IMG/VR virus record: IMGVR_UViG_3300033074_000806
Span: 1 to 64,000 of that record
Reading direction: 5' to 3' (one strand)
DNA from: a virus
Taxonomy: Duplodnaviria > Caudoviricetes
DNA length: 64,000 nucleotides
Below are positions 1 to 7,594 of this stretch, piece by piece (position 1 is the stretch's first letter; each line of letters begins with the position of its first letter). The position numbers were made by a program, and so were the translations under genes. Below the pieces are notes generated by a model, which was given only the letters and a program-made list of their open reading frames with translations, was not told the origin of the DNA and did not search any database.

Positions 1-251
1 GTAGCAGCAGCTGTGAAGACCAAATCAGTAATGAGTGGGCACTTATGGCAGATTTTCTTAAGCCAGCGTGGCAGCTTAGAAAACAATGTCAATGAACTGA
101 TAGCCATGCACACACCAAGGACAAGTCCAGTGTTAAAAAGACTTCCCAGGGTGAACATGGTAAAAGGAATGACTGCCACAATCAGAATATTGATTGGGTT
201 GTTCCAGTCAGTTGCTTTCAGCTTCTGAAAGATGCTTTCTGGTTGTGCCAT
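1..251 (-). CDS. Hypothetical membrane protein, partial (runs off the window start)
   Basis: Hand translation from ATG at 251 (AGGA upstream): MAQPESIFQKLKATDWNNPINILIVAVIPFTMFTLGSLFNTGLVLGVCMAISSLTLFSKLPRW..., hydrophobic segments, open to position 1; not in the ORF track. Confidence 0.65.
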   Translation of the reverse strand, partial: MAQPESIFQKLKATDWNNPINILIVAVIPFTMFTLGSLFNTGLVLGVCMAISSLTLFSKLPRWLKKICHKCPLITDLVFTAAA

Positions 252-267
252 CGCAGGTTCCTAAAAT

Positions 268-323
268 TGGTGGACCGTCTAGGATAGTGAACCCCAGTCT
301 GCCACACAAGGTGGTCACGGCCC
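268..323 (-). ncRNA. 56-nt tRNA-like mini RNA with G3-U70 acceptor stem and encoded ACCA end
   Basis: Minus strand GGGCCGT-GA-CCAC(CTTGT)GTGG-CAGA-CTGGG(GTTCACTAT)CCTAG-ACGGTCC-ACCA: 7-bp acceptor stem, T-arm-like hairpin, only one internal hairpin. Confidence 0.65.
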
Positions 324-338
324 GAATTCGTCGAAGGG

Positions 339-560
339 CTAGGTCTTAAATAACCTAGCAATTGAAATACAAAATAGCACGGGTAGTATTAAATACCATC
401 CTAGAAAGCTTATGATTAGTGCTGCCATTGTTTCTGAAACTACTTCATCTGAATTAAAGTCTTTTATACTCCATTCGTATTTAACAGCACTAATTACTAA
501 GAGTATTAAAAAACAGACAGCAGCGCCGATTAGATAGAACATAGTTAAAAATGAGACCAA
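339..560 (-). CDS. Small two-TM membrane protein
   Basis: 73 aa with two hydrophobic stretches; start uncertain (ATG at 542 possible). Confidence 0.6.
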   Translation of the reverse strand: MVSFLTMFYLIGAAVCFLILLVISAVKYEWSIKDFNSDEVVSETMAALIISFLGWYLILPVLFCISIARLFKT

Positions 561-1088
561 AGGGATGAAGGGTGTGAACCATTAAACACCCTCTCTGGAC
601 TTTAGCCTCAGTTTGTTCCAGAACCACAAATGCCAGAAGTGACTCAGGTAGCGTCAGAAAATGAAATGTTGTAGCGATGCTTTATAGATGAAGCAAATCC
701 TTAGCGTGTAACTGGTATTATTCAATTACACTACGGATCTGGTCAAGCATCTGATCCCCGTTATCTATAAACAACAGGTCCTACAACAAAATTGATTGTA
801 AAAAAGCGGCCCCGGCAACAGTCTGTATTACTACACACTAAATTGCCAGGGCGGCCCAACTATATTAAATCCTAGTTTGCCTTCTCACCCATGCGTTTCT
901 GTACTTTCTCGATCCAGACAGAACTAGGACAGTCTCTTCCAAAGATGTATATCAAATCTAGTAAGGCAGAGATGGGGGGGGGGTTGGAGGTCAAATCCCT
1001 GGCTTACTAGACAATTTGAAAGCCAACTGAGATCTGAGGTAACTCAGATACGAGCCGTCATAAGGACAGCTCTCTCACCTGGCAATAT

Positions 1089-1166
1089 TGGTGTAGCGTG
1101 ACGGATTTTCACCGTGCTTAGTGGTTGCTGCTTTTACGCAGACCACAGTAATATACCAGACGCCAC
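1089..1166 (-). ncRNA. 78-nt tRNA-like RNA (resembles a tmRNA tRNA-like domain) with G3-U70 and ACCA
   Basis: GTGGCGT/ACGCTAC acceptor + ACCA; T-arm ACGG(TGAAAAT)CCGT; extended central stem GTGGT-CTGC(GTAAAA)GCAG-CA-ACCAC without a canonical anticodon loop. Confidence 0.65.
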
Positions 1167-1299
1167 GAAACTGGGGTTATTTTAACTTAACACGTAGATT
1201 CCTACGATATTAAGAACAAGGACGGGCTAACCTACCACTTAAGCCTTGTTTTTTAAGGTCTTGCAATACCTTTTGTTTTGCTACGGTCAAACTTTTATT

Positions 1300-1372
1300 T
1301 GGTGCTAGGTTAGAATTGATCTAATAGGTTGTAGCACCAGGTTGATCAGACCCTATTATGATCTTTCCTAAC
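1300..1372 (-). tRNA. Degenerate tRNA-like element (possible Ile-GAU remnant)
   Basis: GTTAGG/CCTAGC + ACCA; GGGT(CTGATCA)ACCT 7-nt loop; TTAG(ATCAATT)CTAA T-like arm; D arm not formed, alternative folds possible. Confidence 0.35.
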
Positions 1373-2057
1373 TTATGCTATGGGAACGTCTAGCTCGACC
1401 CATAGTTTTCGCTCACACGTGTCATTTTATTGACACAACGCGCTAGCACTTAAGAGCTGTTTAAACTCAGCTAGCAGGAGTAAATACGGGTTGTCTCAGC
1501 AGGTAATCTATACAACGCAGCCCGTAAGCGTTGTTCCATAGCTGTGTTTTAATTTTAACTAGAGTGTTGAGCACAGAACATACTCTAGCGTGGTAGATTT
1601 AATTTGACCATGAACCATCTACCAGAGAGTCATGGATACTAGCTCCAGTATGTTTCTATACACTAACGCTGAAACACCATTAGTGTTACGGACAACTAGC
1701 AGAGTGCCCGGCATCTAGCTACTAGACTAGTGCTTTTTGATAGCAGGTATGTAGATATATCTAATACCATGAGGTAAGCTTTTCCCTCACTTGCTATCTA
1801 TGAGGAGTTCAAGGCCGCGTTGCCGACCCTGCTCTCCACAAATTCCTGTAACTGTCAAATTAATGACAGCGTCGCATGTGTTATTTTTAATAAAAACTTG
1901 AAACAATCGTTAATTATTTAATAGTATTATGAGTATTAATTAATTATCAATGTAAGTAGTATTATATATAACTAGTTATGTCGCTTCTTGTAGGTTAGTG
2001 CTAACCAAGCCTACCCAGCCTATTACGCACATAAGCCATGAAGGCTAGTAGGTAGTG

Positions 2058-2210
2058 TTATACTCTCTTTAAAACTGCTAGTAATACTAAGGATACTACT
2101 CCTAGAGTCATCATGATTATGATTGATACACTAGCGAATTTGATAGATGCATCTTCCCTTTTTAGGTTGTTAATCCGTCTTTTCTCAAGATAACTTAGAT
2201 AATCGTCCAT
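2058..2210 (-). CDS. 50-aa single-TM protein
   Basis: Hand translation MDDYLSYLEKRRINNLKREDASIKFASVSIIIMMTLGVVSLVLLAVLKRV; palindrome 2211-2228 abuts the ATG. Confidence 0.55.
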   Translation of the reverse strand: MDDYLSYLEKRRINNLKREDASIKFASVSIIIMMTLGVVSLVLLAVLKRV

Positions 2211-2235
2211 GTGTCACTTATTTGACAGATGCGCC

Positions 2236-2448
2236 TTATTCCTCTACTAAATGAGCATTAACAACATAGACTTTATTCTAATACATTGCAACCATTATGC
2301 CACTATTAAGACTAATGGCGTTATACCCACTTGCATTGTCTTCTATTCTCATATAGATGTCATTATCTCCACCAATTCTAAATAGATCACCTGTTTTGAT
2401 TAATGACCAATCTTTCTTGCTACTAATGTTTTTATCTATGATTTTCAT
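2236..2448 (-). pseudogene. Fifth MKI-family paralogue interrupted by in-frame TAG (2278-2280)
   Basis: MKIIDKNISSKKDWSLIKTGDLFRIGGDNDIYMRIEDNASGYNAISLNSGIMVAMY*NKVYVVNAHLVEE; ATGA overlap with upstream gene. Confidence 0.6.
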
Positions 2449-2666
2449 GATTGGCCATTAAGATTTATTGTTGCGTTTGGAAATGTAATTATTTCTGTAT
2501 CTTCGTTGATATGAACTCCAATACCAGTTACAAGATTGACGGCATCTCTATCATAATCAAGTTCTGTTGAAATTTTGATATATGCGTCAGAATCATCTAG
2601 CAACTTGAAACATACTCCTACATTAATTTGCTTGAATCTAACAATTGGAACTTGGGATATCTTCAT
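2445..2666 (-). CDS. MKI-family small protein (paralogue)
   Basis: Shares pattern MKI...GxxF...YxK...AVxLxxG with neighbours. Confidence 0.8.
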   Translation of the reverse strand: MKISQVPIVRFKQINVGVCFKLLDDSDAYIKISTELDYDRDAVNLVTGIGVHINEDTEIITFPNATINLNGQS

Positions 2667-2725
2667 GGCTGTGTCCTTTTGTGGGCTCGAACTATCAGAT
2701 AATTGATAGTGTGCCGCATGTTCGT

Positions 2726-2950
2726 TTAATCAACTACAACAGTAGCTTCAAGAGGAATAACTAATGATGTGTCATCAATAGGAGTTAAAGTTCCATCAGT
2801 AAGGCTTACTGCAGTGAACCATATATCGCAGAATATTGATTCAATCTTCATCAATATTTCAGCATTAGTCACAGCTTTAAAGACCTGGCCACGTGGTAGT
2901 TCTTTAAATGTGACTACTACTTGTTTCGGACTCTTCTGGATGATCTTCAT
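2726..2950 (-). CDS. MKI-family small protein (paralogue)
   Basis: FKELPRGQVF...LMKI...AVSLTDG. Confidence 0.8.
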   Translation of the reverse strand: MKIIQKSPKQVVVTFKELPRGQVFKAVTNAEILMKIESIFCDIWFTAVSLTDGTLTPIDDTSLVIPLEATVVVD

Positions 2951-3135
2951 ATCTGGTTACTGTCAATTAAATGATAGCGCGGCCCTCCATCGTCTAGACT
3001 AATAGCATTAACTTTACTATTAGAGATAGATGTGATTTTGATAAAGATTCTAATTCCACTGAGAAGCGTGAATGTTTCTCCAGGAAGGATCTCTATTAGC
3101 TTTACTGGATTGGGTTGTTTGCGTGCGATCTTCAT
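2947..3135 (-). CDS. MKI-family small protein (paralogue, shortened C-terminus)
   Basis: ILPGETF...FIKI...NAISLDDG; palindrome 2960-2977 lies in its 3' end. Confidence 0.75.
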   Translation of the reverse strand: MKIARKQPNPVKLIEILPGETFTLLSGIRIFIKITSISNSKVNAISLDDGGPRYHLIDSNQI

Positions 3136-3175
3136 ATGACTCTCACTGTCAGTTTTTTGATAGCCCGGCCCTTCC

Positions 3176-3391
3176 CTATTTCTCAGTAAATTCCCCTTCT
3201 ACAAGTATTACTTTAGTAGTTTCTCGTTCACAATCAGGATAGCCATTAAGTATGTTTACTATGTTGAATGGATAATCAGATCGTTTATCTAATTTCATAT
3301 AGATAGTTTCAAAATCTGGTCGTCTGAATAGATCACCAGGCATTAGGTCACGTAGCTGCTTATAGAGTCTTGGTTTTGGATTTATCTTCAT
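3176..3391 (-). CDS. MKI-family small protein (paralogue)
   Basis: LMPGDLF...YMKL...NIVNILNG. Confidence 0.8.
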   Translation of the reverse strand: MKINPKPRLYKQLRDLMPGDLFRRPDFETIYMKLDKRSDYPFNIVNILNGYPDCERETTKVILVEGEFTEK

Positions 3392-3775
3392 CGTAGCTTG
3401 GGGTTTTTCTTTGGTTTGTTCTATGGGTTGTTGGTTATTTAGTATTAAATGTGACTATAGCTATCAATATTTTAATAGCTAATGTGTTTATACTATTAGT
3501 TTTTTGACAGTAAATAATCAGGATAATTTCACATACGCGCGGGTTATTAGAGCTGATTTCCTAATTAAACCTCGAATAATGCATTTATTCCCAGGGAAGA
3601 TTGCAATTTATGGTGTTTTTGGAGTAAAATCACTGTTTTTACCCCTGTTTTCCTGAATAGAGGTCACAGAATCCCTCTAATCCAGGGATTTGAGAGATAC
3701 ACACCTACTACCTACACCCTCGTGCTATCAAATTAATGATAACACTCGGGCTGTCATGACTCATCCTTAAATAGA

Positions 3776-3811
3776 AGGACTAGTAGCCATATTGGTTTAG
3801 CTACTAGCCCT
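3776..3811 (-). terminator. Hairpin downstream of the 3853-4254 gene
   Basis: AGGACTAGTAGC...GCTACTAGCCCT inverted repeat followed on the minus strand by TCTATTT. Confidence 0.4.
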
Positions 3812-3852
3812 CCTAACACCTAGCCTCGTTGTCACACTAACGGCGGTCTTGG

Positions 3853-4254
3853 TTAGGCGGGTGCAGGAGTCAGCTGCACTTCGCCCAGGATTTCCTTGCG
3901 GATGTGCTCGGGGAGATCCTTGAGCTTGGCCACAATGTTGCGGCGCTTGCTATCCATCTCCACGAGGTTGTTGAGGATCTTGGTCTCCTCCTGGTCCAAC
4001 TTCTGGCCCTGCTGTGTCAATTTACTGACACTGCCACGGATCTTGGCCTTTTCGAAGTTGGCGGCGGTCACTTCCAGTCCCAGCTTCAGTCCCTGGAAGA
4101 ATCCTTCTGCGGATCCTGCCAGTTGTGATGCACCAAGGATGGGGTGGCGGATGCCATAGGCGATGCCACCGACAGTCTTGCCGATGAGCACACCAGCAGT
4201 TTGGCCGAATGGGATGTCATTTTTCAGACACTCCCAGTTGATGTCCTTGTTCAT
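3853..4254 (-). CDS. Hypothetical protein (Gly-rich N-terminus, coiled-coil C-terminus)
   Basis: 133-aa ORF, GC-rich codon pattern in line with neighbours. Confidence 0.75.
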   Translation of the reverse strand: MNKDINWECLKNDIPFGQTAGVLIGKTVGGIAYGIRHPILGASQLAGSAEGFFQGLKLGLEVTAANFEKAKIRGSVSKLTQQGQKLDQEETKILNNLVEMDSKRRNIVAKLKDLPEHIRKEILGEVQLTPAPA

Positions 4255-4256
4255 GT

Positions 4257-4487
4257 TCAGATACCTGCCTGCTTGCAGTGGTAGTAGACTGCCACGGTCG
4301 ACACACCGTAACGTTGTGCTTCCAGCTTGACCACGGTTGCTCGTGCAGAGCTGTATCGTGGATAGCGCTGGATGACCTTGAGCATGTCGCGACGATCACG
4401 AACAGGAATCTTGGTGTTGCGTTGGATCTTCATCTGGACTGTCCTGATGGGATGTAGCATCAAAAAATACTCCCACGAGCTATTCAC
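4257..4487 (-). CDS. Small basic protein with HTH-like C-terminus
   Basis: AQRYGVSTVAVYYHCKQAGI resembles an HTH turn and recognition helix; true start may be 4460 or 4433. Confidence 0.55.
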   Translation of the reverse strand: MNSSWEYFLMLHPIRTVQMKIQRNTKIPVRDRRDMLKVIQRYPRYSSARATVVKLEAQRYGVSTVAVYYHCKQAGI

Positions 4488-4514
4488 TCATGAGAGTATT
4501 CTTTGACACCTGGA

Positions 4515-5186
4515 TCAGAACTTGACATCGTCGCCAGGGGCGAGCTCGGCTTCCTGCTCCACCTTGGTGTTGGGGCGCCTGACGTTGTCCTGGGCCTTGA
4601 CCCAGTAGAGGCCCTTGCCAGGCAGGCTGGGAGGTGCGTTGATGAACACCAGCTCCTCCAGGATCGGGATCACCCGGTGGCCCAGCTCGGTCGTGTTCCG
4701 CAGGTTCTCCATCTGCAGGAACTGGTCCAGGACATCGCCATCGATGAGCTTCTCCAGGTGCTCCCCAGACATGATCATCGGCTCGTCTCCGTTCAGCAGG
4801 CCCGGATAGGCCTCGATCAGACGCTGCTCGGCATCACGAGCGTCGTCACCGTTGGGGAACAGCAGGATGAGGCCCTGCTCCTCGTGGGCGTAGCCGATGT
4901 TGGCCGAGTTGGCACGCTTGATCTGCACCGGCTGTCCCTTGTCGTCCTCCGCGATTCGGGAGTAGGTGATGATCTCCGGTCGGTTCAGCTCGATGATGAG
5001 CTTCTCGAACTTGTCGGCGAGCTCGATCCCGAAGTAGGACTTGTCTCGTCGGCTGTAGGCCTGGCGGAACACGCTCATGCCCAGGGTGTTGTCACCCAGC
5101 TTGCGCTCCTTTCGGTTGTATTCGTTGACGCCGTGCTTGAACAGATTCTTGATGTGTGCTTCCATGTGTATCCTCGTTAGGATCAA
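4515..5186 (-). CDS. Hypothetical protein
   Basis: 223-aa ORF downstream of the RNAP gene; likely start ATG 5165 (GAGG upstream). Confidence 0.75.
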   Translation of the reverse strand: MILTRIHMEAHIKNLFKHGVNEYNRKERKLGDNTLGMSVFRQAYSRRDKSYFGIELADKFEKLIIELNRPEIITYSRIAEDDKGQPVQIKRANSANIGYAHEEQGLILLFPNGDDARDAEQRLIEAYPGLLNGDEPMIMSGEHLEKLIDGDVLDQFLQMENLRNTTELGHRVIPILEELVFINAPPSLPGKGLYWVKAQDNVRRPNTKVEQEAELAPGDDVKF

Positions 5187-5245
5187 AACGACTAAACAGA
5201 CATGGAGGATGTGAGCACAATGCCCACAATCCCTCCAAAGATTCC

Positions 5246-7594
5246 TTAGTTTGTCAGGCGAACCAAGGAACCGGAGTAAACAATCCTAGCCTCGTCCAAG
5301 GTCAGGACCTTGCAAACCAGGTTCGGACTGCTGTATTTGGCCAGTGTGCGAGCCAACACAGCCCATGCACCGACCTTCTTGGCTTTGTCCAGCCTGATCT
5401 TGATACGGAGTGCAAGCCGCTCCATCTCAGCCTGTGTCAAAGATTTGACATCTTGCTCAGATAGCGTCTTGTTCTCTTGGTTCTTTCGCAGGATTGTTTT
5501 GAAGCAGTCCTGATAGAACTCAGCCAACTGGCGTGATCTCAGAGACACTGCCATCTTGCAATCTGGGATCTTGATACGCTGTTGATCGATCCCATGCAGA
5601 GGCAGCCAGGTATCTGCTACCTCTTGGGCTACTAGGGCAATCCTTTCATAGATTGTCCCCTTGATGATGGGCGCTTCCCAATCATTTGCCCGGACGTGGT
5701 TGATGGCGAAGTCCATCTTCTCCAGGTTGTGGATTGCAGGCACGTTCACAATGGGCACCTCGTGCTTCTTGCGATCGACCTCAGCTTGCACAGCCCTGGA
5801 TAGCTGTAGCTTCATCTCATAGTCCAATCGGCCCATCTCATAGGCTCTGCGGGCCATGAGGTCCCACTTGCCAATGTTACCTTCAATGGTATACATGGCC
5901 TGCTTGATGCGCTCCTTCCAGCTAGTAGCACCAGTGCGCACCGACTTCTTCTTCTGTGTCAACAAACTGACAGGTGTCTTGTCATACACCTTACCTGGCA
6001 AAATATTGACAGTGTCGCTGGTAACACTGCAATCATCGCCATCGTAATCGCCGCCTTGAACTGTCATCCACGGCTCACTACTGATCTCGCAGTAGTTACC
6101 ATTGGTGTATCCCACGACAGTGTAACGCTGCGTGGAGTTGCCCACAGGCAAGCTGGGATCTCTGGTCACATCCACGAGGTCACCAACCACCCACTCGCAG
6201 AACTTGGGCACCTTGATCTCGAATGGCTCCAGGTCTGGATTGGGTGCAGCCTTGACTCGGATACCATTCATTGCGGCCTTGGTAGCAGCCTCGAATACGA
6301 ACTTCTTGTGGAAGTAGCGCGCCCTATCCAGGTCGATACCATAGCCGAGTGCCATCAGCTTCTCCACACCATGGGCCAGCCCAAAGTGTTTGAAGTCTGT
6401 CATTTTTCTGATCGATGGCACGAACAGCTCTTCGATCAGTTTTTTGATCTCGTCGGTGTTGTAGTTATAGACGAGTGCTTGGATGTTCAGGCATGGAGTC
6501 GGCCTGTAGAGGCTATCCGTGTTGTGGACCAGCATCGTGCTGGGGTTGAGGGTGCCGGTAAGGCAGCCGAATTTCCAGGACTCGGAGTAAACCTCAGGTT
6601 CTTGACCAGGATCGCACTCCATGATCGCGCCCTTGGTTGCGTGACCATTCTCCCTGTCAATGATGGTGATCTGCACCCATTTGGTGCTTTGAGGCATCCC
6701 ATACCAGCAGCGCTTGATCTGGTCCATGGTTTCCCTGGACACTCTGGCCACTAGCCCATCATACTTGGGATTGTCATTGACCTTGGTAGGCCAAGTGATC
6801 ATCTCATGGTGAACAGCCATGCTTCCAGACCGACAGAGCAGTTGCACTGCGTTCTGAAGGTCCTTGAGCCGGTTGTTTTTGATCAGTTGCATGCCGATGA
6901 TCCCACCCATGGCATGGATGATAGCGGGCCCGAATCCCTTGCCCTTGGCAAGCACAGCAGTGGTAGTGTGATCGCCAGCCTTGACTCCCAACAGATGGTA
7001 GTCGCGCCTTTCAGCTCTAATAGCCATCGTCTCCAGCTTCTCCTGGGAGATCTCCTTGGGGAGCTCCACATAGAACAGCCATTCATTGGACAGCCGTTCC
7101 TGATAGAGCTTGTAGTTGTATTTGACGAGTTCCCCAGCCTCCCACCGCCAGGTGGGTTCAGGACGAACTCGGTAGATCGCGCGCTTCACGGCTTGCTGAA
7201 GCTTCTTCACGAGCGCCTCGGAAGTCTCCAACTCCAGGTTGGGATCAACCGCAAGGATCTCGGCGATGTTGGCGATCAGCCCTTTGGCGCGCCTATTCGT
7301 GCCAGTAGCAAGTATCGCTTCTAGGCATTTGGTATTGAGACCTACAGAAGGAGGGAGGGAACGTGTGACGGTTTCCATGTGAACTAGGTGTGTGAACGTG
7401 ACTCGGCAGTTCCTGTAACTGGCTACAGGCCAGATACTTACCTCGGAGCCTGCATGACTGCCATCTGACAAGCTCAAAGAATGGTCGGAGTAGTCACGAT
7501 AGATTACTCCAACCTGGTTCTGATCAGTCAGCCCTCCTGCATACGTTGCAGACAGGCTGATAGCTACCTTCCGGCAGCTGAAAGATCTCACCAC
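5246..7594 (-). CDS. Single-chain double-psi-beta-barrel RNA polymerase, YonO / QDE-1 (cellular RdRP)-like
   Basis: Ordered motifs VQI...TKGAI, VTRDPSL, QGGDYDGDD (6035-6055), NIGKW, QAEVDRKKH; start codon uncertain. Confidence 0.8.
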   Translation of the reverse strand: MVRSFSCRKVAISLSATYAGGLTDQNQVGVIYRDYSDHSLSLSDGSHAGSEVSIWPVASYRNCRVTFTHLVHMETVTRSLPPSVGLNTKCLEAILATGTNRRAKGLIANIAEILAVDPNLELETSEALVKKLQQAVKRAIYRVRPEPTWRWEAGELVKYNYKLYQERLSNEWLFYVELPKEISQEKLETMAIRAERRDYHLLGVKAGDHTTTAVLAKGKGFGPAIIHAMGGIIGMQLIKNNRLKDLQNAVQLLCRSGSMAVHHEMITWPTKVNDNPKYDGLVARVSRETMDQIKRCWYGMPQSTKWVQITIIDRENGHATKGAIMECDPGQEPEVYSESWKFGCLTGTLNPSTMLVHNTDSLYRPTPCLNIQALVYNYNTDEIKKLIEELFVPSIRKMTDFKHFGLAHGVEKLMALGYGIDLDRARYFHKKFVFEAATKAAMNGIRVKAAPNPDLEPFEIKVPKFCEWVVGDLVDVTRDPSLPVGNSTQRYTVVGYTNGNYCEISSEPWMTVQGGDYDGDDCSVTSDTVNILPGKVYDKTPVSLLTQKKKSVRTGATSWKERIKQAMYTIEGNIGKWDLMARRAYEMGRLDYEMKLQLSRAVQAEVDRKKHEVPIVNVPAIHNLEKMDFAINHVRANDWEAPIIKGTIYERIALVAQEVADTWLPLHGIDQQRIKIPDCKMAVSLRSRQLAEFYQDCFKTILRKNQENKTLSEQDVKSLTQAEMERLALRIKIRLDKAKKVGAWAVLARTLAKYSSPNLVCKVLTLDEARIVYSGSLVRLTN

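Larger units (their letters stand above)
569..1850 (-). ncRNA. ORF-free cluster of structured RNA elements
   Basis: No ORF >=60 aa; dense nested inverted repeats (667-674/781-788, 870-877/922-929, 957-965/1003-1011, 1739-1747/1790-1798), two pseudoknot-compatible sets, two CCA-ended elements; strand inferred from CCA ends and flanking genes. Confidence 0.6.

Noticed and set aside
13-228. Plus-strand 71-aa ORF
   Set aside because: Opposite a better minus-strand membrane-protein ORF (start 251) that matches the orientation of the arm
1089-1700. A full-length canonical tmRNA
   Set aside because: The G3-U70 acceptor stems close locally within 56-78 nt; the CCA end at 1300 lacks U70; no tag ORF identified
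569-1850. Hammerhead ribozyme or group I/II intron in the non-coding block
   Set aside because: Did not find CTGATGA...GAAA cores or intron terminal motifs with the right stems by eye; a covariance search is needed to exclude fully
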